Source: Eledone cirrhosa
Taxonomy: Eukaryota
Direction of reading: 5' to 3'
NCBI GenBank assembly: GCA_964016885.1
Contig: OZ024742.1
Location: 298,034,001 to 298,098,000 of the forward strand
DNA: 64,000 nt
Shown: piece by piece, positions 1 to 13,219 of the stretch
Position numbering within the stretch: the first letter of the stretch is position 1
Layout of the letters: each line of letters starts with the position of its first letter
Made by a program: the position numbers and the translations under genes
Notes under the pieces: model-generated
Databases searched by the model: none
What the model was told of the DNA's origin: nothing
What the model saw: only the letters and a program-made list of their open reading frames with translations

Positions 1-142
1 GCCATAACCCAGCATCTATAATTATATGTGTACTTGTTCACATCAACATAAGTGTTTTATTTTCAGTTAATTCTTTGGTTCACAAGGACACATGATCTGC
101 TAGAAATATCAAACAAATCTCCTTCATACCATATCTTACATC

Positions 143-418
143 TTAACCTTTTTTTGATAACAAACTGCCTGAAAGCATACTTGTTTTCCAAAACAAAAGT
201 TTTTTTTTTAAAAACCTTTTATCATAATTTTATGTAAGAACCTTTGTTAAGTTACGCTCTAAATACCACAAAAATATTGAGAAATTTATTTTAGAAAAAT
301 AATGAGAAAGTTATTCATTTCTAAAATCCTCCCAAATTCTTGATTATTTTTAAAATTAATTGAAAATATGGCAATTAATATTTAAAATTAATTAGAAATA
401 TGGCAAGGAAAGAGTTAA
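143..418. mobile_element. Degenerate TTAA-flanked MITE (piggyBac-like); related copies at ~11728-11968 and ~45097-45335
   Basis: Begins ttaaccttttttgataac and ends ggaaagagttaa. The internal sequence (ataacaaactgcctgaaa... taattttatgtaagaac) recurs in the other copies. Confidence 0.5.
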
Positions 419-1134
419 AAGGAAAGAGTTAAAAGAATGAACAAAAAATTAAAATAGGATGAACGTCTTTGACCATAAATTAGGCTTATTTGATCTGGTC
501 TTACTTAGGATTAACCAACTTGCTTAACACATTTATAAATTATTTTTGCATTTCTTTTGAAGGTGTTCATACAAGAGCCTTGTAGAACCTATGCTTTTCA
601 ATACATCTGGTTCTTATCTAGATAGTATAATGACTGTCATATTTCCACAATAGTACAATAACTGTAATAGGAACCCTACATATCTTCACTCCACTACCAG
701 AACCTGATTTATTTATAAACACAGAAGAAATTATTTCTGTTTTCTTTCCATGTAGTCAGTCTGACTTTATCACCCAACTTTCTTGTACATCAAGACTTTA
801 ATTGACACATTTTAATATTACTTACTATTTTCTGGTTATAAATTCTCATCGTAACTATAGTAAAACTTTTGATACAAAACCACTTGAAAGTATCCCTGGT
901 TCTATGATACAATATTGTTTATTTTAAAGTGTTTATATTTATCTAACAACATTCCATTATAATTTTATGTAAGAGACATTGTAATGTTCCTAATACTAGC
1001 TTAATAATGAGAAGTTTAGTATATTATCAAGTCCCTTCAATTTTTTGGTTATTTTCAGAATTATGTAAAAATTATAAGTGTTGTCTTTCATTAGAAATAT
1101 ATGGAGATGATGCAAAAAACTAATTTGGTGATAG

Positions 1135-1184
<50 letters not shown>

Positions 1185-4117
1185 TGCATGTAACTTCCTA
1201 TCCACAAATATACTGTGGTAGTTCTGTATATGAATTTTGTAGTATTTTATTGTTTGCTATATTTCATGAAGACTTAGCTATTTTCTTTTATAGCCAGATA
1301 CCTTTCATGGCTGATAGGATGTATATCACCATGGCACCACAAGAGAAAATGCCTTACCAAAATAGATTCTATTTTCTTTAGGGAGTTTTCTTCATGAGGG
1401 ATAAGAAACCTCTTCTTTCTTGATTAGATATCATAAGGAAAACTGAGAAGATAGGTAAAAAGTGGAGCAGCAAGTATGTAAGATGTTCACTTAATGCATT
1501 AAAAGAAAAAGGTGTCAGTTCAAAATATAAAAAGAAATACGAAAATAAGCATTAGAAACGTTAAAGTGTATAGAAATATCATATTCCATAACTAAAAATA
1601 TAACAAATTTGGGAGCAGCTTATATAATTCTGTCTAAGTGTAAAATGTATATTTTTTGTCTGAAATATATATATTTTATGGGACAACAGTTTTAATTATA
1701 GACTTAGAAATGTTTGTATTTCATACATTCACTTACAATTAGGTAATTTCCAAAATAAAACAGAATCTGATATGTTTAGTTATTGGAAAAGTTTCAATGT
1801 ATTGATGGAAATATTGAAAATATTTAAGAACACAGTATTTTAGATGTGGATATATCTTAAACATAAGAATGGTGTAACTATTTCACACGATCAGGAAATA
1901 GTGTGGAATTAGATTGCTGAACTAATATTTCAACATATCAGTTACTGCAATTGAAAGGGTCTGTATAACCCCTCCCCCAAAAAGAAAGTGTGTAAAAGTT
2001 AAGAAGAATAATTTAACTCCATTTGTATCAATCTACACCTGATTCTAAAACTATTTTAAAGTGTTTAGATTTATGTAAAAGCTTTCCATCAGAATTTGTG
2101 TGTAAGAAACTGTTTTGAATTACATTCCAAACACCAGATAAATAATGAGTAATCTAGTTATATTACAAAATAAATCTGTATTCTTTGTTATTTTCAAAAG
2201 TGTTTGAAAATATTATGCAGTGTCTTTCATTATAGATATGGTAACAAAGGGGGTGAATGTCATTACAAAACAACAAGCATTTTAAGATCACTTTCCCCAC
2301 TAAAGCTGAATATAGCCTTGTTAGCTCTATGACAAGCTTCATATACACCATGGGGTTCATTATGAGACAATGTTTTATGGCTGGATGTTCTCCATGGTGC
2401 CAACTATTTTAGTCACCTCTTCTGCAACACAAAGATATAATGTACATATTCTAAGCCAGATATATTCAGAAAAACTAATCAGTTCAATTCCAATTCCAAA
2501 TTACCCAAAACATTCCTATGGTCTAACCTACAACAAGAATTTTAAGGTCCCCTTTCCTGCTATAACAGAGGTTAGCCTTGTAGAATGTAATTGAGGCAAT
2601 TCTTTATGGCCACATACTCTTCATTGTGCCAACACTTTTAGTCACTTCTTATGATATTCAAGGATATGGTGTACATATTCTAAACCAGATAAACACTGAG
2701 TTAAAATGACAGAGAGATTTAATTTTAAGAACAATCATTTGTACTGTTCATCTCTCAAATATAAAAGTCCTCTTTTTATCTCATTTTTGCAGTTTTGTAA
2801 ACAAAAAAAAAAAAAAGATTCAGAAAAATTAAATGAGAAATTTATCTTGCTGTCTTAAGAACAAGCTGGGAGAAATTGAGATAAAGAGAGTAAATTATAG
2901 ATTGGATGAGTGCTAGAGAGAGAGAAAGAAAAGTAATAAAGAGAGAGAGGGAAAGAGAGAGATAGACGAGTAGCAACGAGAGAGAGAGATGTAAAAAAGA
3001 GAGAAACGAAGATCAGTATATAGAGAAGGGTGTTAGAAGGATGGTTGTGAGATAGAGAAGGATAAAAAGATAGAGAGAATAATAGAGAGACAGAGAGAAG
3101 GATACAGAGACAGAGGGGGAAGATCGTAGAGATAATGAAAGAGATAGAATTATAGAAATTGTATTTAAAAAATTAGCATTGCATTTAGAAATAAGAGTCT
3201 TCAGGTTAAATATTGATTTTAGTTGAAACCGACAAGACATTTCAAAAGCAAGTGTGACTATAGTTTCTCCACTAAAAACAGTTTGAATGTAGTGACTAAC
3301 TGACTAAGTGACTTACACACTACGACAGCTTAATTGCTCTAGTGTACTACTATTCACAAGAAATGAATTAAACATTACTGTTGTCACATGGAGAATGTAT
3401 GTTTATCAATCTCAAGCCATCTCAAACTGAATGTGCAGAGGAAAAGAAAATCAGCTGATGAGTATAGTATATATATATATATATATTTTACTGTTTTAGT
3501 CAGGGAGGGGAATGTAGGGCAGTATCCATACAGGACTTACCTATAAGGTAAATAATCTATAGCTTAGGGCCACACACCCCTGGGGGCCACATTTTAAAAT
3601 ATATCTTTATTTTATCATCAGATTGTATTCATTAACACTAAGTCATCAAATATATATATGTATATATATATATATGATTTTGTATATGATATATATATTG
3701 ATTTTGTATCAGTACTGTCGGTAATATATGTATATATATATATGTTTGTGAGTGGTGTGTGTGATTGTATGCATGAATGAGTGTTGGTATGTGTGGTTGT
3801 GGTTTGTATGCATGAGTATTGGTGTGTGAGTCGTGTCAATAAGTTTTTTTTATTATTTTTTTTTTTTTATTTTTTTTTTTTTTATGACCATGCTGTAAAA
3901 TGGAGGGGTAGAGAGGGTCCTTGAGTCTAGTAAGACATCCTCTCTAGTGCTGGTGGCACAAATAAAAGCACCCAGTCCATGCTGTAAAGTGGCGCTGGTG
4001 TTAGGAAGGGCATCCAACCAGTGTATCAATGCCAAAAAGCTTATCAGCACAGCAACAAATGATATATGTATATATAATTATTTATATATAAATATATATA
4101 TATATACACATGTAGGT

Positions 4118-4336
4118 AACACGGTAGGTAACGTGTAGGTAACACGCTAAAAACCTCCCAGTCCACACTGTAAACGTGGTTGGTGTTAGGAAGGGCATCC
4201 AGCCGTAGAAAACCCGCCAGACAGTCCTATACGAGCAAGACGACCAATCTTGCCTCAAGTGGGAAAATTCCCGTCCAAACCCATGCAAGCGTGGAAGATG
4301 GACGTTAAACGATGATGATGATGATGATGATGATGA
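4118..4336 (+). mobile_element. RTE subfamily A 3' UTR/tail fragment
   Basis: Matches the 3' end of the 7953-10675 copy (ggttggtgttaggaagggcatcc... ccatgcaagcgtggaa) and ends in (GAT)n. Confidence 0.85.
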
Positions 4337-5134
4337 CACACACATACATACATATATACACAAACATACATACATATATATACAAACATACATATATACA
4401 CACACTCACACACACACACACATATATATTATTTATTCTTTATCGTTATCTTTAATATAAAAGGTAATAATCATGTGTAGTATGTAATTATTTTTAGCGA
4501 AGAGCCTCAAATTTCATATAGTTTAGGGCCTCAGCAGGTAAAAGTCCGGACCTGACACTGGCTCTAGCTTAATTTGTTTTAATCCTTTTGATACCAACCC
4601 ACCCAAAACTGACTAGCTCAAATCAGAAATAAGGCATCCTGTCAGAAAATGGAGTTCCCCGAGGATGTGGAATGGTTAATAAAGCTGATATCCTTTGCTG
4701 TTCACTGTGGCAATTCTTTTGTCATCATGTCTACAGGGCACAGCTGAGATATATTCTCCAACCAAAGGTGAAAAGCTTGTTTCATCTTCATTTCTATTTT
4801 TCCATTGTCTCATAGAGTATGTATGTTTATCAAACTAATGTCACCTGAGATAGAATGCACTGAACAAAAGTAAAAATAATGAAATAAAACTAAATAAGAT
4901 TATATATGGACAATATATATTTGTTTTACTCTTTTAGCCAGGAAGAGGAGGGCAGTATTCATTACAGATTGTAATTTGTTTTACCCATTTCATTACCATA
5001 TTTCTAATGAAAGACACAGCTTATGATTTTCAACTAATTTTGAAAATTATCAAGAATTTTCTCATTATTAGTTTGGTGTTTGAAACATAGCTTAACAAAA
5101 GTTCTTACATAAAAAGAAATGATGGCAGGTTTTA

Positions 5135-5487
5135 AATGTGAAATATAGACCCCCAAAGCTAGTAATGTGCACAGGCCATAAATGAAATATATGCCATGAA
5201 AGCTAATGATAGGCCTAGGCCAGATGTGAAATGTAGGCCATGAAAACTAGTGATAGGGCCAGGCCAGAAATGAAATATATGCCATAAAATCTAGTGAAGG
5301 GCCCTGGCCAGAACTGAAATATTGGCCATGAAAGCTAGTGATAGGCTCAGAGCAGACGTGAAATGTGGGTCATGAACGCTAGTGAAAGACCCAGGCCAAA
5401 AATGCTTGTAATTGATCCAGGCAAGAAGGGAAATGTAGGGCCTCTAAAGCTAGTAATAGGCTCAGACCAGAAAGGAAATATAGGCTC
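5135..5487. repeat. Minisatellite, ~44-bp unit, ~7-8 diverged copies
   Basis: Unit close to tgaaatatatgccatgaaagctagtgataggcctaggccagatg; the (g)ctag motif recurs at about 44-bp spacing. Confidence 0.85.
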
Positions 5488-5990
5488 TATCTCAAACTAC
5501 TCATTACATATTTTCGTAATCAGTGCTAAATACATATAATTTATGTATGGATTACAGGTATATAAATGTACACCACATATACAAGTATATACTTATAACC
5601 ACACATAGGATCAGATCCTCAGATGTTATCCATCTAACACACTAAAACCATATTTTATCATGTCCATCATTTACTTTGCATGAATATGTATTGCTTATAC
5701 AACTGGCAACAAAATAATACTAAAAATGCTTAGTGTTAGGGAGGGCATATAGTGTTAAGAAAGGGGAATTCAGCTGTAGAAACCATGCACCCTTTCCTAC
5801 CAAAAACAAAACATTCAAGCCAGATGTGATCCTTTGAAACATCTAGTGAGGCACTAACTCTGATCAAAAACTGATTCAAACTATTAAAACCCCTTGAACC
5901 CTTGTGGATGTAAAATGATTACCCTACTCCAGCTACAAAATATAAATTGTGTTAATCATTACAACTTTATGATCTCTAATTTTCTTTGAG

Positions 5991-6037
5991 ATTCTGCAAA
6001 CCCTGCACAGTGGTGTTGTACAATCCACGAGGTTTCT
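5991..6037 (+). CDS. Candidate small internal exon of an unidentified host gene (FCKPCTVVLYNPRGF)
   Basis: Acceptor ctaattttctttgag and strong donor gtaagt. The frame is compatible with candidates at 18619, 57727 and 58829. No homology recognised. Confidence 0.3.
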
Positions 6038-7952
6038 GTAAGTGTTAACATGATTTAATAGAGTTGGAAATAAAGAAGTGCTAGATATTGAATATTAACA
6101 ACAGTTCACTTGTTAGAAATATTACCACAGGGGATCATATGATCAATTGTCAGATTTATAGAAGATGGGAAAGTCGTGTTAGCCTATTGACAACATTATT
6201 TGCTTCAACTTCATAATATTTTATAATCTTAAATTGACCATCTTTGACTTCTTCACAAAGGTTACCCCTCTCTTCTAATAGATTGAGACTGAGACCAAGA
6301 TTAGCAGATGTGCTTGGGGAAGGATATTTAGAAGCTACTCATACAATTCACACTAACTAAGCTTTTCTTTCTTCACATTTAATTCAAGTTGTGTTCCTGC
6401 TAGCCTTAATTAAATAATGTGCATCTGTGAGAAATTCAATTTTATCATTCCCTAATGATCCAACAGCCCAAACCCATAAAAAAGGTTTACTACTATTCTT
6501 AATTGTCTGCTAAGTAATTTCACTGCAGGACATAATTTGCAAGCAACAGATACACTACAAGAAAACCATATGGAAATGCTGAAATTTTAGAACAGATAAA
6601 ACTTTTGCCTTTTACTAAAGAAAAGAAACAAAATATATGTACTCATCAAATTTTCTAATTGTTGGACTTTAAACTTTTAATGCAGACTTGATTGTTTATA
6701 CAGCTCTTTCTGCTGCACCATTATGTTTTGGTCTTTAGATAGGACTTTCAATATTCTTCCAAACAAATCAAGTAAACCAGTCATTTAATTTAATGAATTC
6801 TTGTGAGGGTCATGAAACCACTGTCATTGAAATACCAAAATAGACATTTCCTTGCATTTTCCAAGCTTAAAGAAGAACATAAAAAGACTTCAATCCAAGT
6901 GGTGAAAAAGTCAACTATGATTAACATATTTGCAGCATTTTTTACTTATCCCCAATCCATATGCAACCTTTCTTAAGACCATAATCCAAGTCACTTATCA
7001 ACACAAGAGGTACCAGCAAATCTGGTTTTATCACATATGTTACAAGGTTGGAAAAATCTTCAGTATCACAAGCAAGATTAGACCACCAAACACAAACCTT
7101 TGCTTTCTTCAATATTTGTTGTAGGACCATGTATGTGTATCATGAATTGTGAGAAGGAGTTTTGCACAAGGATGTTCAAGAATAAACTGCCAGTTTGATA
7201 GCTCCAATTAAGAACTGACTTGGTCTGTAACATCCTGTCCAACCCATGTTAACACAGAACTAAATGGATGTAAAATGATGATGATGATGATAATGTTGAT
7301 GAAGACTATTCTCAAGAGAGTCCAGATGAATACCTATCAAATTTTCATTTTAGAAGAGTTAGTCTAGACCAGTGGTTCCCAAAGTGGGTTCCGTGAAGCA
7401 AGGCCAGGGGTTCTGTAAGGCGCAAGTTGAAGTTTACTATAAAAATAAAGACTAACATGTTGTACCATGTATGATCGGTATATACTCCCCATATAAACAT
7501 GCAAAGAGTGTTACACTGCGGAGCTCTCAGCTAAATCGTTCAGTTAGGTTGTAGTATTCCATTATTAAGGGTGTACTGTGAGCACCGTGTAATACTCAGA
7601 ATTATAATCAGATTTATAACTTTTTACAATAAACTTACGTATTTGAATCTCTCATTTGAATATTTAAGTTCTCTCTTAAACATAACATAGGTACCAAGTC
7701 TCACACGGTGAGCATGTGCTGTATCCTGTATCAATAAACATTTGTTCCTTGTCAATGAGTTTATTTTTGAGTTTTATTAAAATTTTTATTTTCAAAGCCC
7801 TTCAATGGATTGATGGTTAAAAAAACAAGAAATTCGTAAAGGAACTGAAATTACAAGAAATACAGAAACAAAATCTTCTATAGAAGATACAGAAATTGCT
7901 GAACATGCAGCCCAACCTTCCGCAACTACTAGTTTAATTCATGTGCAGGATT

Positions 7953-10675
7953 CACCTCCCAACATAGACTGATAATTAGCGACCTCATAGTCAGGACGAG
8001 ACGTACTAGACAGCGGAAGAGGACTATCCTCAGGAGAAAAATATGGAAGCTAAAGGACCCCATAGCCAGAAATAAATTTCAAAGCATATTACTTGACGCT
8101 TTCGACAGTAAGGAAGAGCAATTAGAGTCGTATAATATAGAGGAACAGTGGGAATTCCTGAGAGCAAACCTGCTGACGGCGGCAGACGAAGTCTGTGGCT
8201 GGAGCAGGCCTGTAGGTAGGAGGAGAGTAACATGGTGGTGGAACAGTAAGGTGGAGGAGTCAATTAAGGCCAAAAAGCAGGCTTGGAAAGTATGGCGGGA
8301 TGGGGGAAGTAGAGAAGACTATCAAGTGGCCAGGAGGGAAGCTAGGAGACAAGTGTACTTCGCAAGAAGGGAAGCAGAGGAAAGAAAGTTCAAGCATGTT
8401 CTACAACGTGAGGACCAAAAACGTGAGGTGTTCAGGATTGCCAGGCAATGTGTCAAGGAAAACCGTGATATTGTCGGGGAGAAGTGTGTACTTAACGATG
8501 ATGGCATACTTGCCATCACCGACGCTGATAAGAAGGTAGCTTGGAAGTGTCACTACGAAAGGCTTCTAAATGAGGAGAACAAATGGGAGAAAGACAGTCT
8601 CCCCCAGATCGATCCAATAGAGGGACCAGCAGTGTTAGTTGAAGGTAGTATAATAAGTAAGGCAATCAAAGATATGAAGACGGGTAAGGCGGCTGGGCCT
8701 TCGGAAATAGTTGCTGAGATGCTGAAGGCATCTGGTTCGGTGGGACACACCATGGTCACCCGGATAGTTAACCAAGTCGTACAGAATGGGGTTGTTCCGA
8801 AGGACTGGCGTAGCAGCATCATCGTTAACTGCTATAAGGGAAAAGGAGATGCCCTAGATAGGAGTAACTATAGAGGCATTAAATTAATCGACCAGGTCAT
8901 GAAGGTCACGGAAAAAGTAATAGCGCAACTAATCAGAGAGAGAATTGATCTAGATGAAATGCAGTTCGGATTTGTGTCAGGCAAAAGTACCACAGACGCT
9001 CTTTTCATTGTACGACAACTACAGGAGAAGTACCTAGCTAAAAGTAAACCCCTATACTTAGCTTTCGTCGACTTGGAGAAAGCCTTCGACAGAGTCCCCC
9101 GTTCCATTATCTGGTGGTCTCTTAGAAAACTAGGTGTTGACGAATGGCTTGTGAGAGCTATACAAGCCATGTATAAAGAAACAGTCAGTAAGGTTAGAAT
9201 TAACAACGAATATAGTGAAGAGTTTAGCGTAAAAGTTGGTGTCCATCAGGGCTCTGTTCTTAGCCCCCTACTATTTATTATTGCCCTTCAGGCTATAACA
9301 GAGGAGTTCAAGACCGGCTGCCCATGGGAACTCCTATACGCAGATGATCTAACGCTCATAGCTGAATCAATGACCGAACTAGAGAAGAAATTCCAAACAT
9401 GGAAGCACGGCCTAGAATCAAAAGGCCTTAAAATTAACCTGGCTAAGACTAAAGTTCTAGTTTGTAGGAAAGAAAATAAGGCGGCAGTCCCATCTGGGAA
9501 ATGGCCATGCTCAGTGTGTAGGAAAGGCGTAGGTAGAAACTCCATTTTATGTCCCAAATGCAAAGTATGGGTGCATAAAAGATGTAGTGGGATCACAGGT
9601 AAGCTAACTAAGAACATAGATTTTACATGTGGCCGGTGCTCTGGTGCAATAAGTAGCAGCAAGTGCCCACCAAATACTAGCTCCTTCAACTGCGCAGAGG
9701 GTTCTATAGAAATAGTGGACAGCTTCCGTTACCTGGGTGACAAAATCAGCAGTGGGGGAGGGTGCTCTGAAAGTACAGTAGCTAGAGTCAGAACTGGATG
9801 GAAAAAGTTCAGAGAGCTTATACCACTATTAGCCGCTAGAGGGTTCTCCCTAAAAATGAAAGGCAGGTTATACGATGCCTGCATACGAACAACAATGCTG
9901 CATGGCAGTGAGACCTGGGCATTGTGTGCAGAGAATATACGCAGACTAGAGAGGAACGAAGCTTGCATGCTCCGCTGGATGTGCAATAGTAATATACGTG
10001 AACGGCAAAGCATAAACGAACTAAGGAAAAAATTAGAAATAAGAGGGATCAGATGTTGTTTACTCGAGAGAAGGCTACGTTGGTACGGTCACGTGATGCG
10101 CATGAAAGACGACAGCTGTATAACAAAGTGCAGGGCAATAAAGATAGACGGTAGCCACGGAGTAGGCAGACCCAGAAAAACATGGGACGAGCTGATAAAT
10201 TCCGAGCTCACACGCTTACACCTCTCCAAGACAATATCACTGGACCGAGACCTTTGGCGGTACTCAGTAATAGAGAAGACCCACCTTACCTAAATACAAA
10301 GTAAAAACCTACTACAGTCAGTAGGCATCTCTATCAAAACACACCCCCGCCCCACCCACACCGCCCCTTTCAATGTAAAGTTATGTTGGTCCCACAACAT
10401 CCAGGCCGAAACAAATGAGATCGTGTAGGTGTCACGACAAAAAATACACAGTCCACGCTGTAAATGTGGCCGTGTAGGCAACACGGTAAAAACCTCCCAG
10501 ACCCACACTGTAAATGTGGTTGGTGTTAGGAAGGGCATCCAACTGTAGAAAACCCGCCAGACAGTCCTATGCGAGCAAGACAACCACTCTTGCCTCAAGT
10601 GGGAAAACCCCCGTCCAAACCCATGCAAGCGTGGAACACGGACGCTAAACCTGATGATGATGATGATGATGATGA
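7953..10675 (+). mobile_element. 5'-truncated RTE-clade LINE, subfamily A
   Basis: Open frame from ~7954 to 10293, 3' UTR of ~360 bp and (GAT)n tail; the endonuclease domain is missing. Confidence 0.95.
8251..10293 (+). CDS. RTE reverse transcriptase (uninterrupted, N-terminally truncated) with inserted PHD-type finger
   Basis: Motifs [41 protein letters not shown] (9337-9348), FRYLG and RRLRWYGHV; C4HC3 finger at 9502-9639. Confidence 0.95.
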   Translation: MEESIKAKKQAWKVWRDGGSREDYQVARREARRQVYFARREAEERKFKHVLQREDQKREVFRIARQCVKENRDIVGEKCVLNDDGILAITDADKKVAWKCHYERLLNEENKWEKDSLPQIDPIEGPAVLVEGSIISKAIKDMKTGKAAGPSEIVAEMLKASGSVGHTMVTRIVNQVVQNGVVPKDWRSSIIVNCYKGKGDALDRSNYRGIKLIDQVMKVTEKVIAQLIRERIDLDEMQFGFVSGKSTTDALFIVRQLQEKYLAKSKPLYLAFVDLEKAFDRVPRSIIWWSLRKLGVDEWLVRAIQAMYKETVSKVRINNEYSEEFSVKVGVHQGSVLSPLLFIIALQAITEEFKTGCPWELLYADDLTLIAESMTELEKKFQTWKHGLESKGLKINLAKTKVLVCRKENKAAVPSGKWPCSVCRKGVGRNSILCPKCKVWVHKRCSGITGKLTKNIDFTCGRCSGAISSSKCPPNTSSFNCAEGSIEIVDSFRYLGDKISSGGGCSESTVARVRTGWKKFRELIPLLAARGFSLKMKGRLYDACIRTTMLHGSETWALCAENIRRLERNEACMLRWMCNSNIRERQSINELRKKLEIRGIRCCLLERRLRWYGHVMRMKDDSCITKCRAIKIDGSHGVGRPRKTWDELINSELTRLHLSKTISLDRDLWRYSVIEKTHLT

Positions 10676-13219
10676 GGGTTCCGTGATAATGTCAAGGGAT
10701 TCCGCGATAAAAAAAGTTTGGGAACCACTGGTCTAGACCAATATTTTAAAATAATGCATTTTTATTAGCAAACATAACCAGTACTAATGTCAAAATGGTC
10801 TTTTATTTCAGTAGCTGTCTGAACATCAACAAACATTAATTTATCTTTACCTATATTAGTATGTAATGTAACTAAACTATACAGAGCACTCTCAAACAGA
10901 TATCTTTCATAATTTAGTCTAAGAACAACATGAATAATGGTTTTACCATAAATGAGATTGATTTTCTAATCTTTTCATGTTATTATGAGAGCCCATATTA
11001 ACTGACAACATCAATATCCTTTAGGGGAAAAAATGAATTGTAAATACTAATGATCAGTCTCCAGTGTAAAGGGTTTCTTTTACAGAAAGTGGCAGTCTCT
11101 CAACATGCCACAAAAACACTTTGCCCAGTCCTGAGTCTTGGAAAGAGGTTTTCCAGGTGCAGATTATTGGTGCAGATCATGGAAAGGCCCTAGGATAAGT
11201 CTTCAAAAATTCAGTAAAAGCTCATAATTTTATTTCTTATTCTCTTTCAGTGATAATGTTTGGGATAATAATAATGATTTAGAAGTAGCTGTTAAAGTCT
11301 TTTGGGAAATATATCAATAAAAGATGTCTCTCAGATTGATTGTTAATGAAACACCTCATATATTGAATAAGTGTGAATCTTATAGTAAATCTAATTCGCT
11401 CTGCTGTATCATTTTCTTATATATTTTTAAAAGATATTCACTCACTGACTATATAGGTTAAGTAAATAATCAGTATTTTTCAGAAAATGATGCACTATTT
11501 ATTCCTTTGTTTTGTGTATGGTTGGGTAGGGTGTGGCTTTCAACACCATTCAGCACATAAACAACAAATCTCTTCTAGCCATGCCTTTTACAACCTAATA
11601 TTTTCCTTACAACATGCACACACACACACTTGATATGTGCAGGAGGAATTACTTTTGTTTCTTAAGCTCATCAAGGTCACTAGACAAGATGATATTCTAA
11701 TCATCACTGTCTCTAAAACAATTGTTCTTAACTTTTTTGATAACAAACTGCCTGAAACTGTTCCTGGTTCTACAATACAAAACTACTTATTTTAAAGTGT
11801 TTATATTTAACTAAAACCTTTCCATCCTAATTTTATACATCAACTTTGTTAAGTTATCTTTTAGACTTTACTATGTTAGTTATTTTACTACATTCCTAAA
11901 AATACTTGATTATTTTCAAAATAATTTGGCAGTGTCTTTCATTAGACATATCGTAACAAGAGTGTTAACCTGATCCCTATCCTTGCCAAACTGGTCAGCC
12001 TGTCTCTCATAATGGATATCTACTCAATTTAGTGATATATGCATCAGAATACTCCAGCTTCAGAAAGGGAAATTTCTCAAACATTACTAGTTATAAAAGA
12101 TATGCTAATTACTACTCATAAACCCTTCTAATATTTCTATTGCTATGTTGGGTCTTTTATTCACTACACAAATCCCCTACAACTGCTTATATCTATAAAT
12201 AGTTATGATGTATGTTATATAACAAAGTTCTATTATCAATGAGAACTTTAATGAGAGTGATGTTATTGTCTTCAATATAAATAATGTCCTCAACTACACC
12301 TGGCAAAAGAATCTTCAAGCATAAATGATATGTAGAACCTGTGCATAAATACACAAGAGCTCTAACTCTCTTTTGCTCAATAAGAACTTCCCTGTCAAAA
12401 TGCTTCCTTTTATAAGTATATAACAATATCATACTATCGAGTGGTTGTACCTATAGTTCAGTTAGCTCTCTCCATACATTACCAAACTGCTTGCTGTGAA
12501 AATTTGCCACACCTCTACATAGATATACATGGCATCACAACCACTATCCTGGCCTGCATGTGTATGTTTTCAACATATTTTTTACTATTTATTCAGGGAG
12601 GGATGGGGAGAAGATATGACTCTTTTCAGCATTCCATGGGACTGATGGTTGGGTGGAAGGTATCCTCCAACAGGAGACCTGTCTGAATGCTTTCAACAAA
12701 GTTGATTCTGCTGGAGGTACCCAAAGGGCAGGTAGCCATGTTAGACTGGGAAATGGATTAGATCAACCACCCAAGTAAACCACAGCAGGATTTGGACTAG
12801 GAACACAAAGAGCTGAAGCATATACCTCAAGGCATCTCATTGAATGATCTAACACTTCCACTAATCTAGTATAGTTCTTTATTTCATTAACCTCCCGAGG
12901 GGTAAAAGGCAAAATTTACCTTAGCATAATTTGAGCACGGAGCACAGAGAGCCACAACAAATGCCATAGGGTCGTTTGTCCTACACTTTAACAACAATTG
13001 TTGTCAATTTCTAATGGAATATACACACACTACATGAACTGAAATCATGAGAATATTCTTCACAATAAGCAAATGAGAGTCAAGTTTCATTCAAAATTAT
13101 TGAAATACAAAAACTACATATATATCAATATAATACACCCACAATACTAAACTTTCTAACTTTCTATGCTGTAAAGATCTAAAACCTCACATTCCCATTT
13201 ATAGCAATAGTACATAATA

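Larger units (their letters stand above)
7370..10730 (+). mobile_element. Non-autonomous hAT (Charlie-like) DNA transposon containing an RTE LINE
   Basis: TIRs cagtggttcccaaa / tttgggaaccactg and a perfect 8-bp TSD gtctagac (7362-7369, 10731-10738). A remnant transposase-like start (MD*WLKK) lies at 7805. Confidence 0.9.

Noticed and set aside
2370-2692. Diverged ~90-bp direct repeat (also 3486/4925 and a 31-bp tandem at 14849)
   Set aside because: Old local duplications or SINE tail remnants with no further structure that I can support.
4640-4760. Similar GC-richer segments at ~4640 and ~52080 as paralogous exons
   Set aside because: They resemble decayed L2/CR1-type C-terminal coding remnants and have no consistent frame or splice sites.
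5135-5487. CRISPR-like periodicity
   Set aside because: The units are contiguous with no unique spacers, and the context is eukaryotic.
7805-7972. hAT-RT fusion protein
   Set aside because: The hAT frame has a stop at codon 3 and is out of frame with the RTE ORF.
8030-10013. Antisense ORFs over RTE copies (also at 24130, 38173, 42132 and 60885)
   Set aside because: They are shadow frames of the RT coding strand with no independent motifs.
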